DNA from: Felis catus
Taxonomy: Eukaryota
Assembly (NCBI RefSeq): GCF_018350175.1
Contig: NC_058368.1
Location: 120,468,001-120,532,000, forward strand
Reading direction: 5' to 3'
Length of the DNA: 64,000 bases
The position numbers were made by a program, and so were the translations under genes. Within the stretch, counting starts at the first letter, position 1; every line of letters starts with the position of its first letter. The notes beneath the pieces were generated by a model. The model did not search any database. It saw nothing but the letters and a program-made list of their open reading frames with translations, and had not been told where the DNA came from. Positions 25,686 through 38,104 of the stretch are shown here, one piece after another.

Positions 25686-25689
25686 TTTT

Positions 25690-25906
25690 TTAATTTTTTT
25701 AACTTTTTTTTATGTTTATTTATTTTTTAGACAGAGACACAGAGGTGAGAGAGAGGCAGAGAGAGAGGGAGACACAGAATCTGAAGCAGGCTCCAGACTC
25801 TGAGCTGTCAGCACAGAGCCTGATGTGGGGCTTGAACTCACAAACCATGAGATCATGACCTGAGCCTAAGTTGGACACTCAACTGACTGAGCCACCCAGG
25901 AGCCCC
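25690..25906 (-). mobile_element. CanSINE, inserted in the tail of the next SINE
   Basis: Antisense SINE ending gagccacccaggagcccc. Confidence 0.94.
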
Positions 25907-26120
25907 TTAAATGTTTATTTACTTATTTTGAGAGAGATAGTGAGAGAGTGTGCATGAGCAGGGGAGGGGCAAAGAGAAAGATTGAGAGAGAGAGAATCCA
26001 AACCAGGCACCACACTGTAAGCCAGAGCCAGATGTGGGGCTTGGTCTCAGGAACCGTGAGATCATGACCAAAGCCAAAATGAAGAGTCAGATGCTTAACC
26101 AACTGAGCTACCCAGGCGAG
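25907..26120 (-). mobile_element. CanSINE
   Basis: Antisense SINE; outer TSD-like tcaaatattctt / tcagatattctt brackets both SINEs. Confidence 0.92.
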
Positions 26121-27364
26121 CTTCAGATATTCTTAAGTTAAAAATATATGTGTGTTTTAAATTCTTAATAATTATTAAATTAGTCTCATTTAATAGTTAG
26201 TAAATTTAAAAATGGTAGGAGAATCAAAGTTACCATAGGAGCTAAAATATTCCATGTAAGGCTTTGTGGGGAAGATAAGATTTCATTTGGAGGAGAGGGG
26301 TACTGGCTATGATACATAAAAGACGTTACAGGGAGACATTCTAAGAAAGCAGAAGCAACACAGGTAGGGTATTATAAAGGATGCTTACAGAACAGAAAAT
26401 AGATCATCCTGGAAGACAAAAAGAGAGCACTGGATTTAGAATGTTCCTAGAAGTGGAATAAATGCAAACTCTAAATAACTGCATTAGAGGACAAGGGACT
26501 TTGGACAAGCAGAGTTCAGGTGGTTATCACCAAGGTAAACTGTGCACTCCTTTATCTCTACATGATATATGCATGTAGAAAATATCCTGAGTGCTTACTG
26601 TGCACCAGACCCTGTTTTACATGCTAGGAAACATAAATGGATCAAACTGACGTTTCACCTCCATTATGGAGTTTGCAATCTAGGACAGAAATAATCTTAT
26701 AAATTTTGTTCTTCATTTCCCTTCCTGAATTCTACGCCAAATCCCCTAGAAACTCTAGCTCCCATGCAGTCCAATTGTGGTAAAATAATATATGTCTATG
26801 AAAGGTGTCCATTAGTTCAATGGAAAGGAACTTCAAGGTCCATCATGTCAGTGAAGCCATAGCCATGATTTTGTTTCCATCTCACTTGCACAATCCAGGT
26901 CTGTCTTCTTGGTTACTTCTTAGACACAACCTTCTCCTCACTGGTCTCCAAACCACATCGTCCTTCCATTATAAACCATCCTTCCTCTTTCTCTCCCTGT
27001 CAAATTCCACTCATGTTTCCAAGTCATATTACGTGTCACTTTTTTTGCACTGCTCAAGTACAGTCCTTCCCTCATCTGTATACTCCTCAGCCATTGTATT
27101 CAGAGAGCTTATACTTTTATCGAGAGAGCTCTGGAAACCTTTGCATTTACAGGTCTTACTGTATTACATAATCCCTCCCATAAAGTGCAGCAAAGAACAA
27201 ATGAAAAATTTAAGTGACCCCATAAGACCTTTAACAATTCTGTAAACACAGGATTAAAGTAATTTATAATGCTATTAAAATAAATTCAAGCTGGAAACCC
27301 AGCTGAAACAGCTTGATCAACTGACTTATTTACTCACTTATTTATTCATATGGTTAATACATAG

Positions 27365-27611
27365 CATTGTTTTTCAAACTGGGGGTTACGAACCATTAGT
27401 GGGTTATAAAATCAATTTAGGGGATCATAATCAGCATTAAAAATATAAAAATAGAAAGGATGGGGAAAATATCACACTGTATGACTTCCAGTAAAGGCAA
27501 GCGTTGTGTTATTGAAGTTTTATTTCATTTCTGTGTGTGTATTTATTAGATTGTGAAGAAAAGTTATTTTTTAGACAGTTTGGGGATAAGAAAAAAGTTT
27601 GAAAGCCACTT
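27365..27611. mobile_element. hAT-Charlie-type MITE
   Basis: TIR-like ends cattgtttttcaaact ... agtttgaaagccact; internal ccattagtgggtt.taaaatcaatttag. Confidence 0.7.
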
Positions 27612-28188
27612 ATATAAAGCTTGTGGCACATTTCTGTCATATATCCAAACCCATAAAGGAATGTGACATGTTACTTCTTAAATTATCCAACATTTCTACA
27701 TTCTGTAAAGAACCAGCATTTCCTTAGACTGCTTCACTTTCTCCTCACATTCGTCATTAGCACTACATTTGGGTTTGTTTTCAAATATAAAGTTTTTATC
27801 ACTTAATGTGGGTCGTGCGCATTAGGGCCATGATGAGATATGGATGATGAGATGTAAGCAATGCTCACCCACTAATCAGCGATCCACTTCTCAGAACAAC
27901 ACCAAAGCCTGAGCAGTTCAATCCATCCTTAAGCAAAATAATAGATTACCCTAGTTCATGGATCTTCAGTGCTTAGGAACATTTGAAACCACAAATATTG
28001 AATTTTCCAAGATGTTTTGTGACACTTGTCAAATTATACTTAGAGTATGTCTGCATGGGTTGGCAAATGAACCCATTCAGGGCAAGCGACTATGTCTTTT
28101 TTTCCATTTATATTCCTAGCCATGACCAGCACAGGCTCCTGATGAGCGCTCAGTACTTATCGAACAAATTACACTTGGGAAGGAACTT

Positions 28189-28192
<4 letters not shown>

Positions 28193-28237
<45 letters not shown>
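28193..28237. repeat. (GA)n microsatellite
   Basis: Pure run of about 22 units. Confidence 0.98.
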
Positions 28238-28241
<4 letters not shown>

Positions 28242-28523
28242 TAGAAATACCCTTTTTGTAACATGTTCAGGTATCAAATCTGGTCACTATGATTGTTTAA
28301 AAGATTTTATGAAAATTACCATTAGCAGTTTTTGATGGGTGATACCTAAAATATTATGAAACTGATTTTGGAAAACACTAAACTTAGAAGACCACTTCAT
28401 ATCTCTCACTGTATGTGTAATCCCATTGCCATCTGTCACGTTTGTTGCTTCCCCAAATCCTTCAACCATGGCAAAAAAAAAAAAATGAGGGTATGGAAAT
28501 GGCCCCTAAAACATTTCCTTCAG

Positions 28524-28731
28524 GGCCACCTGGGTGGCTCAGGTAAGCATCCGACCAGCTCAGGTCATGATCTCACCATTCATGAGTTCAAACCCCACAT
28601 TGGGCTCTGTGCTGAAGGTCAGAGCCTGCAGCCTGCTTCAGATTCTGTGTTTCCCTTTCTCTCTCTGCCCCTCCTGCTTGTGCTCTGTCTCTCTCTCTGT
28701 CAAAAATAAGTAAATATTAAAAAAGACTTCT
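28524..28731 (+). mobile_element. CanSINE
   Basis: TSD TAAAACATTTCCTTCAG at 28507-28523 and 28732-28748. Confidence 0.95.
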
Positions 28732-28884
28732 TAAAACATTTCCTTCAGTAAATTGGTGAATTAGCATTGCACAACAGAAACTTCAGGGAATGAACTGCAA
28801 ATAGCGGGAGAAGGAAAAGTCAGTCTTATAACAAGGTAATTGCCACATGTTTGAGCCCGGTTATGTCTTAGATTTAGAGACACT

Positions 28885-29100
28885 GAGGTGTGGTGTAGGG
28901 CACTAAGACTGCAGAGTCAGGCAGATTTGGGCTTGGATCCTGCCTGGTTCTGTCACTTCTGTGTGACCACTGGGATGATCATTGTAACCACATCTCAGGA
29001 TTTTTGCATGCATGGAATCTAACACAGCATGTAAATTCTTCAGGATATTCATTGACACATATTATATGCTCAACATAAGTGCTCTTGTTTTGTTTTAATT
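28885..29100 (+). mobile_element. MIR, internally deleted
   Basis: gtgtggtgtaggg...gagtcaggcagatttgggcttggatcctg...ctgtgtgacc. Confidence 0.6.
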
Positions 29101-29531
29101 ACTGTTAATACTCTACTGTGGATGTGACAGGGGTCCTAGAAGATTTATTCTTCTCCGCAGACTCAGAAAACCAATGTAAAGACCCTATGTATGAGCATTT
29201 ATAAGTATTAACATTTCTAACGTGTCCTTTTAGAACTAAATAGTATTTTATGTTTGGGGAGTATGTTTATCAGAAAACACAACATATACTCAGAAGAAAA
29301 ATTCCACTGAATCAGGAACTTGTTGAAAAAAAGGGAAAGAAAGAAAAAAATTAGCAAAGATAGCAATAACCATCCTGAAGGAATTGGCATAGTTTCCAAG
29401 TATTTAATTTACCCCAAGCAAGCATCTTCTTTATTGGGAAAATGTGTTACAGCAGAATTGGAAAATGGAAAAAAGAAACTGGTTAGCTTTACTTCACAAA
29501 AAAACAAGGTAAAATGTAAAAACAGCAATTT

Positions 29532-29682
29532 GGGCCAGTTTTCCAAAAGCCCATTACAGTTTAAGGTCTCCTTTCCCACCATTTTAATAGGCTGAAGTGT
29601 TGTCACTAATCCAGGAAAATTTTACGAGGTATGTTTTAATATATAGATTCAGCCCTTAAACTGTAATGGGTTTTGGAAACCA
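29532..29682. repeat. Inverted-repeat (hairpin) element, possible ancient MITE
   Basis: GTTTTCCAAAAGCCCATTACAGTTTAAGG (29538-29566) pairs with CCTTAAACTGTAATGGGTTTTGGAAAC (29654-29680). Confidence 0.85.
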
Positions 29683-30239
29683 TCTCTCTCACGGTCTGAT
29701 TGCCTAGGACTGGACGCGAGAGGGTGCTAGGGATAGCATGGTTGCATCGTGCCTGCCAGACACCAAGGGAGGGGGTTCTTTGAATACAGCCTCACCTGCA
29801 GCACAAGACTTCCCGAAGGGAAAGGAAACCTGTTGAAAGCATTTTGTTAAATTCCTCGCCTGAGTTTTTGTTGGGATTTTTCAAAGCCAGGGTTGCAACA
29901 TAGCAGGTTACAAACTCAAATATCTAAAGAGGGCAAGCAGATAAGGGGTTGGGTGTAGATGGAACCACTTGTGATTATTCAGCATATGCCTATTATATTA
30001 TTGTGTGCACTTTTACTTGCTCAAAACGCACTTAAGATGCTGTTAGCAGTAAGCATGTGTAGCTTACTAAGTAATCACACTGAAATAAAACCAATCTGCC
30101 AAGAAAGAGAAAGTTTTTCTGGCAGAAAATTTTATCAAGTTGAATCATTTCGGGAAACAGATGCCCCCTCCCCTCCTCACAAAAAACAACACATTTCATC
30201 AGAAATTATTTGATGATTAGACAATTATGTGAGTATAGA

Positions 30240-30660
30240 CAGGATGGAAGAAAAAAATTAGAGATGTAAATTGGCCAGAGACTGGCCACAGTGGGACTCT
30301 ATTACCACCCCTACACTTGCAAGGGCAAGGAGTGATAAAGGTGTCAGCAGACCAGAAGACTTGGAGTCATGGAGACATGGCTGGCTCGTAGGTACAAGGG
30401 CTGCAGAAGAGCATCGTTAACCACCAGCACCAGAACAAAGTAAAAGGACAGGCAGATGAGGAATAAATGCTCTACCCTGTCTTTCCTCTCTTCCTTTAAT
30501 CTCCTGCCAGCATCTCCTATTGGTCCAACTCACCCAGAGACCAGAGGGCAAAATACCCTCTGTGCTCTGTCATACAGTGCACAGAAGTCAGCCTTCTTGG
30601 GACAAAGCATGAGAGAAAAAAGCAAGATCTATCTGGCAGAGGAAAACTACGAACAAGCAG
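30240..30660 (-). mobile_element. LTR33-like ERVL solo LTR
   Basis: aataaatgc...ctcctgccagcatctcctattgg..caac..acc..gagaccagagggcaa...gtcagccttcttgggaca. Confidence 0.7.
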
Positions 30661-31155
30661 CAAACCCAAGGACTATTCTTTTTGTCTGCAAACTCTGTAA
30701 GAATTAGATTGACCCAAAAGGTCTTTGTTCTCCCCAATAAATCGGCAAAATATTTTGTCAAATCAAGATAACCTGAGATGTTCACACTGGATTAGGTCTA
30801 CCATTTTGGTGGACTTGAGCATTTGGGTTCTTTTTCAGTGTCTTTCAAACTGGTTGTTTTCTGGTTACTCTTTTGGTGTCCCCTGAGATACTGTCACACA
30901 CTTACATTTCCAAAGAAACTATAAGGTTTAAAGTTCAGTCTTCCAGAGATCCATCTGGGCTCTAGGGCATTTCTCCTGAAGATGCATATTACTCTGATAA
31001 TAGAATCCCGGAGTTAAAGGCCCCTGGACCACTGCAGCACATTTCATCAGATGGTGACTCTCCCATTTCCTATTGCTTGAATGGGCAGCCAGATTCATGA
31101 GAGCACATTATGCCTTTGCCTGTGGCAGAGGTATGCTACTAAAAAAAGAAATAAA

Positions 31156-31156
<1 letters not shown>

Positions 31157-31203
<47 letters not shown>
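31157..31203. repeat. (CA)n microsatellite
   Basis: Pure run. Confidence 0.98.
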
Positions 31204-31204
<1 letters not shown>

Positions 31205-32344
31205 CGGGGGGGAGGTGCATGAAAAATGAAAAGTACTTAAGCGAGCAGGACCACTGTTGTGCTCTCTAAAAGATAGATGATTGCAGTGAACATGATGTCT
31301 GCAACGATAGTTTGCCCAAATTAAAGTAGAGCATAAAAATAGGGAGGAAAGGAATCTAATTTCCATTTAAAGTTGCTATCACTGGTAGTTGTACAATATT
31401 CTTTGTCACACCTTAAGGTGATAGACTTGCAGTGCCGCAGAGCTGTGGTAATTCAAAGGTAGCCAGAGGCAAGAGAAATATAGAACTTGCATCTGCCAAA
31501 ATAGATGTGGGTGTAGACTTGGCCAGAGAAATGTGGCAAGAGAAACAGCAGGATGCAGTTGTGAAGAAGTAATCGATTGTGATTAATGGCTTCTGCCTGC
31601 ATAATAGGAAGCTAGGAGAGAAGGACTTTGCATGGGTTTTCTTCTGAGGACAGTGTGCGAGAAGCTAGGCTATAACTGTTCAATCCTTGACTCTTGTGAA
31701 GTCAGGGAACTACTTTGCCATTTATATTTCAAAATATTTGTGTACTATTGGTACTCTAAGAAGAAAAATAGACCTTTGTCTTACTACTTACACGAATCAT
31801 AGATTTTTCTATGTGATACAGAGATTATGATAATCTGGGTTTTGCTGCTTGTCACAGGGATTGTATCCCAGTGGGGTAGACAGAGCGCTGGACTGGAATT
31901 TAGGAGACCTGTTCCTTATCTGGGTCCTTGCAATTGTAAGCTGGACATCAGACATAAAAAAACAGGGTCCTTCAGCCTGGAAAAGTCTCACCTAAGTAGA
32001 GGGGCTGAATGGATAGATCCTCCTTTCAAACTCCTCTTGGGAAATGAATCATCAACTTTGAGACAGAATCCAAAATGTTGCCCTAGTTTCTGCTTTTCAC
32101 ATTTGCCCACACAGACTTTTCTGACTCTTGGTTCTGTTTTCCTGCTAATGACCCCTGACTTCATTCCTGTGACTTCACATCCATTCAGTGGCTTGAATTT
32201 AGCATTCTTACAAATGTGCGATTTGGGACGACTCACATAATCTCTGGGAGATCTAATTTGATCGCCTGAGAAAGTGGACAATTACAGTATTATATAAGGC
32301 TGATGAGAGAGTTAAATGTGGTTAAAGTAAGTGACGTGTTACAA

Positions 32345-33592
32345 ACAATAAAAGGAAAAATGGACAAATTAAATGTAATCAAAATTAAAATTTTTCTTTT
32401 TGAAAAACAACATTAAGAAAATGTAAAGGCAAGATACAGAATGGTAAAAACGTTTGAAGTACATTTACCTGGCAACAGAATTGTATTCAGAGTTTAAAGT
32501 GCTTTTATAACTCAATAAGATAATCTAATAAAAGTTTGCCAAATATATGAACAGATACTTCACAAAAGAAGATATAAGAATGGTGAAAAATATCGGAAAA
32601 GGTGCTCAACATCATTAATTATGAAGGAGATGCACATTAAAGCCACAATGAGATTCCACTTTGAACCCTTTGTCTACAATCAAAAAGAATATAAACAGTG
32701 TTAATGAGGAGGTGGAGCAACTCAAAGTCTCCTACACTGCTTATGGAAACACAAAATTACGCAACTACTTTGAAAAAAGAATGACAATTTTTTTAAGAAG
32801 TTAAATTTAAACCAACTAGAGGTCTCAATCATTCTATTGTAGGTATTTACCCCTAACAAAGTGAAAACACACAAGCACATAAATCTGAATGTGTTTTGAA
32901 GCTTTCTTCAGAATAGCCAAATACTGGAAGCAATTTAGATGTCCATTGGTAGATAAGTAATGGATAGACAAATATGGTATATCCTTGCAATGGCATACTT
33001 ATAATCTTTATAAAGGAATACTTATACATGCAAGACAATAAGTGAACTCAAACCAATATTCTGAGTGAAAGAGACTAGATAGAAAAAAGCACATCATATA
33101 TTAATCCATTTACATAAAATTCTTTTTAAAAATTCAAATTAATCAGGGCATCTGGTTGGCTCAGTGGGTTGAGTGTCCATCTCTTGATTTTGGCTCAAGT
33201 CATGATTCCACGGTCATGAGGTCAAGCCTCACAACAGGTTCTGTGCTGAGCATGAAGCCTTCTTGAGATCTCTCTCTCTCTTTCTCTCTCTCTCCTTCTC
33301 CCTCTCCCTTGCTCATGCTCCCTTTCTCTCTCTCTCTCTCAAAAAAAAAAAAAGAAAAAAAGAAAAAAAATCAAATTAATCTATAGTGACAAAAAGCAGA
33401 TCAGTAGTTGCCTTGGGACAAAGAGGATAGAATAGACTACAAAGGGGCATAAGAATCCTGGGGATGATTCTGTTTGGCTTGAGATAGTGGTTTCATAGGT
33501 GTATATATTCGTTGTAATTCATCAAATTATACACTATTAATAGATGTGGTTCAGCATAAGTGATTATACCTCACCAAAGTTGAGTTAAAAAT
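32345..33592 (+). mobile_element. L1MB/MC-type 3' portion
   Basis: gaacagatacttcacaaaagaagatata...aaaggtgctcaacatcattaa...atctatagtgacaaaaagcagatcagtagttgcct. Confidence 0.85.
33145..33368 (+). mobile_element. CanSINE nested in L1
   Basis: SINE head and tail; tcaaattaatc repeated on both flanks. Confidence 0.92.
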
Positions 33593-34104
33593 AACAACTG
33601 GGATCCAGCCTGGGCCAGAGTTCTAAGTATCAGATCAATATTATTCTTGTCACTATTTTAACTTTACCTGTTAATATTATCATGGTACCATTGATGTCTG
33701 ATTCTGCCCTATCCATACTTGATGGCATGTCTCAGTGTCATCTTGTGTACAGTGGATAGGTTGGTAGTATTAGCCCAAGGGAAGTCCCTCCTGAATCACT
33801 TAGTAAAACTTCTTCCTTCCTTAGAGGATAGGTGGGAGGATCACAGGATAACACTTTATATGGGAAGTTATACCATAAATATTATGTTTTGTCTTTTTAT
33901 TACTATGTTCTTACTCATTTGATGCTCCCTCAGAAAGCACTGTTCCCAACAAAGGACAGATAAGTGGAGCAAAAAACAGAACAAAACAAAACAAAAACAA
34001 GCCAAAAAAAAAAAAAAAACCCAACAACAACAACACATGAATCTCAAGCTTTATTCTCTGCCATTCTTACGGTTTTATCTATCGGTGGTGTCTTAGAATT
34101 AGAA

Positions 34105-34380
34105 GATGTGATGGCTAAGAACAGGGTTTGACATTAAGTGGATCAGGATTCAAACTTCATGTCTACCGCTCAACATGTCTACCACTCACCAGCCGTGTGA
34201 ACTTCTACAAGGTACTTAATGTATTCAAACTCCTTCATTTGTCATCTATAAAATTGGAAAGATATTGTTCCTGATATTGTCGTGGTGATAGTGGGGGAAA
34301 AAAAGGCTGTTTTAGAATATATTACACAGTACACAGTGCCTGGATCTAATAATCTCACAGCAGAAGATGGTAGCTGTTCT
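34105..34380 (+). mobile_element. MIR
   Basis: gtggatcaggattcaaac...actcaccagccgtgtga...aaggtacttaa...tcatctataaaatt...acagtgcctgg. Confidence 0.7.
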
Positions 34381-35292
34381 TATACTCTGCCCACTGGTTG
34401 TGTCTGATACGTGTTTGTTTAGCCACTGAGGAGCCAACCCTGGAGCTATGTTTCCATTTACAATGACTGGTAGAGTATAGAGGTCTTCTCTTCACATCTG
34501 TATTTCCTCACTCTGCTTGAGAAGCTGTGTGCTGAAAGGTCAGAGAGGAGAATGGTCTCACTCTACATTTTCTCCTCCTGCTCTAGGTAATTTCCTCTGT
34601 ACATGGTGCTGCTAATGATGTACTTAGCAGTGTTGGTGGCTAATCATATGACCTCATCATAGCACTGAATCTCAATTCACCTCTCTGAACGGCTCCAGAT
34701 GGCATCTGAGCATGCATTGGTAAAAAACAGGGAAAGGTTCTTTTAAATTTTTTAAAGTGTTCTCTAATCAATTTGGATAATTACCTCAAAAATAATAATA
34801 ATTCTGAATCCTTTTCATAACCCGTATGGAAAGCCCTAAGATCATGAAGAAGAAAGCTGCTAATTAGCTATTTTAATTTTACCTAAAAAGAACAGGACCA
34901 AAGGCATTCAGCCTGGAAACTGAAATCACATCTTCAAAAGCTAGTTTGATTAAGGAAGAAGTAAGGCAAGCATTCAAGGGCTTGCTGCAAATAAGCAGGT
35001 AGTGAGGCAAATGTTAATGTGAAAAACCAGCCAAGGAAAATGATTCAAAATCACCCAAATTTGGGGAAAGAAAGGGCAGAGCCCTTTGCTTCCTGTAAGT
35101 GAAGAGCTCAACTCACCAGTTTTGTCATTCTATAGGGTAGAGGTAGGAATTCTATAAAGTAAAAGGATATGAGGGTGTTACATTGTTTTTAATAAAAAGA
35201 ATATGACTTGCCCTTCATACTGTTTAATCTTCAGGAATACCAACATTTCATTAGAAGTATTCAGTCTCTTTCAGTTAGTGTTGGTGGCAAAA

Positions 35293-36523
35293 AATGTTCC
35301 TGTTGCTCCATAAGAGGTAAAATGAACTCTTACAGATCTCTCTACAGGCAGAGCCCCGGATCTTGATGGATGTCCTGCAGAGTTTTAGATGCACCTACCA
35401 GAAAATGCTCTGGCATTACATGTGGACACATTTGATGAAGCAAAGGATAATGGATTCCTTTTAGGCATAGAATAAGCTGCTAAGAAAATGAGATGTGAGA
35501 TGAAAAGTTAGGATTTATCAGACTCTGTCTTAGCCAAATAAGAACTATATTATCCTTATGAAAATGTTAGCCATATGGCTGAAGAAAGGAAGACAACGTG
35601 CATCTTTTTTTTTATGTAATAACCTTACTCTAATATTTAGAGAAAATTCCCTTGGGAAAATGTACAACTCTTCACACAAGTTTCAAAGCTTATATATCAC
35701 AGAATTGATAATCCTGAGACCCAAAAAATAACAGTGGCTGAATTGTGAGGCTTTACCATGTCTGCAAAATGAGATGATGGTTTTGCTATATTTAGGTATC
35801 GTTACTGCTAAAACTACTAACAAAAGTCATCATGTAGGGCAGTCTGTCAATTCCTTGCATCTCTGTTGCCCATCTCCCTTTAGTTTGGTAACAAAATCTA
35901 AATTTTCCAAGAAACCACTACTATGTTCCTAAGTTTTAAGCCTGGCAGGTGGAGCATTGCATCTTTGCTAACACATGGTATGAACCTGTTCATGGTATGA
36001 ACAGAGCAAAGAAGACGCAGGAGATGGAAAAGAAGCTCCAATGGTTGGAAGTTGAGTCTCTGGACCTAGCCAGGCCTAAAGCTGGGGCACCCTAGATTCT
36101 TTTTCTTTTTTTTTTTTGCCAGAACCAATAAGTGTTCTTTTTGCTTAAGCTAGGTTGAGTTTATTTCTGTCACTTCAAACCAAAAGGAGTTCTGGCTAAC
36201 ACAGGAATGCAATTGCTATATTTTAAAGTTGGATAGGACATCTAATAGAGGGTATTTAGTTTTCTTTACTTGGAAACTTACATGGAAGTATGTCCGGATT
36301 TTTAGATCATTGTTACAGCTATTCTGAGGAAGAGAGGAAAGTAGAGGTTGGGAGAGGTGATATTCATGAGCTAGTGATGATTAAGAACTAGAGATGTTGA
36401 AGAACCCAGTCCTTTTATAGCCTGAGAAGGCCTCTAGGAAGTACATTAGACCCAGAAGGAAGATAACTTGGAAAATTTTTATTGCCAATAAAATCCTGCT
36501 TAATTTCCATAGGCAAAACTGAA
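35293..36523 (+). mobile_element. Ancient L1/Tx1-clade LINE reverse-transcriptase fossil, split by MLT1
   Basis: Colinear decayed RT motifs: EVK*TLTDLSTGRAPDLDGCPAEF (35314-35385), YQTLS*PNKNYIILMKMLAIWLKK (35516-35587), GMQLLYFKVG*DI**RVFSFLYLETYMEV (36204-36290), DD*ELEMLKNP (36376-36408). Confidence 0.75.
35833..36203 (+). mobile_element. MLT1J/K-like solo LTR
   Basis: TG start; ends ccaataag...ttgcttaagctaggttgagtt...tctgtcacttcaaaccaaaagg...ggctaacaca. Confidence 0.8.
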
Positions 36524-36999
36524 AAAAAAAAATCTTTGCCAGCAGGAATAAAACTGCATGAAGTAAAAAAAAAAAAAAAAAAAAGGATGATATTTATGTG
36601 TTTCTTAATGATACCGTTAACTTTTCCCCCAGTATTAATAGGAAGGCAGTAATTTACTGAGATCTAAAAATGTGCAGTATATTTGATGAAAGGTCATGCA
36701 AACATTAAAATGTTTTTCCAAAAATCTTTCTAAGACAGAGATATAAGGATGACCAGATCTTCTCAGAGTCTTTCAAGTATACTCATAAGCTTACTAAGCA
36801 TCCAACTCTGGTGACTCACATTTTCCCTTAAGCACGGGTGGGAAATTCAGAACGAGGTGACAGAAGCTAAGAAATATTATTTTTGGCATCCATTGTTGCT
36901 TTGTGAGCTGTGAAAAGAAGTCAGTATAGCAACGGCACAAACAACAGCACACTTTCCACTTTTTGTGTTGGATACAATCGAAAAGTGTTGGTTCCATAA

Positions 37000-37207
37000 T
37001 GAGCCGGTCACAAGCTGCCCTTGACTAACTCTCCATTTCCTGCTGCACAACCAGCCCAGGCTCTCAAACCCTAAACTCTAGCCATATTGAATTGCATGCA
37101 GTTTCTCAAAGGTACCGTGCTGCCTTTTCATTCCAGAGTGCCCCATGTCTGCAGGGAAAGTCCCCACCCATCTCCATCAAACACATTCCCTCTTTACCTG
37201 GCTAACC

Positions 37208-37260
<53 letters not shown>

Positions 37261-37510
37261 GTTTTTCCCCTCAGGGAAGGCTTTATTGACTCTTCTGAAC
37301 CAGATTAGTCCCTCACTAGCTCCAGAGGAATTCTTTATCCTGACCTCACATGCTTCATTGGTACTCATCACAGATTTTTAAATGCCTATCTACCTTTTGT
37401 CTCCTATGCCAGACTATATTCCCTGGAGATGAACATGTCTCTGTCTCAGTATAAATTCTCTGTTTCTAGAAGGTTGAGTAGATGCTCAACTGATGTACAT
37501 TAGACATTCA
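37000..37510 (+). mobile_element. L2 3' region containing an expanded (TCTA)n
   Basis: L2-like cagggaaggcttt...tgac and gagtagatgctcaa terminus. Confidence 0.55.
37208..37260. repeat. (TCTA)n tetranucleotide STR
   Basis: About 13 perfect units. Confidence 0.98.
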
Positions 37511-37539
37511 ATTAACTCAATTCAGTTAACGGTTGGATG

Positions 37540-37780
37540 CTTAACTTGCTTCCAAGGCCCTATGATGCAGTAGAATAATACTTGGCTACACACCAAAATT
37601 ATCTAAGACCTGATTCATCTACTTACCAGAATGGGGATTTTGACCAAGTTATTTAAACTTTCTGAACTTCTTCATCTTTAAATTGGACATATATTCTCAC
37701 ATCACAGTTCTGCTATAAAGATTAAGTGAAATGCTACATCAAAAATTTCTAGCGTTAGTAAACCTTCCATAAATGTTCAT
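37540..37780 (+). mobile_element. MIR
   Basis: acttaccag...tttgaccaagttatttaaactttctgaac...catctttaaa...aagattaagtgaaat. Confidence 0.65.
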
Positions 37781-38104
37781 CCAAATTCCTTTCTATGATC
37801 CTCTTTATTCCCCTGTCCTCTACTCTGTTCTTCCCTGTTTTCTACTTCCCTGCCTCGTTCATGATGGCTTCCCAGACCACTCTTTTCCTGGCATACTTCT
37901 CTGAATATCTGTGGCAACCTATGTGGATCCCACATTTTTGCCTTTCACTCCTGGAGGGAAACAGTGCCCATAAGACCTTCAATGGACTACTGCCAATCTG
38001 TGAGAAAGTTTTCACTGCTCTAGGGCAAAATGAGTCAAAAATGAGGTTTTCAGAAAATGAATTTTTTTCATTTAACAGAAACCAGTTCCTATTTTTTCCT
38101 GCTT

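Noticed and set aside
26805..27245. 146-aa ORF
   Set aside because: Non-ATG start, low-complexity S/L-rich content, no recognisable domain or splice structure.
36940..36995. Possible pre-miRNA hairpin
   Set aside because: Stem is short and irregular, and I recognise no known mature miRNA.
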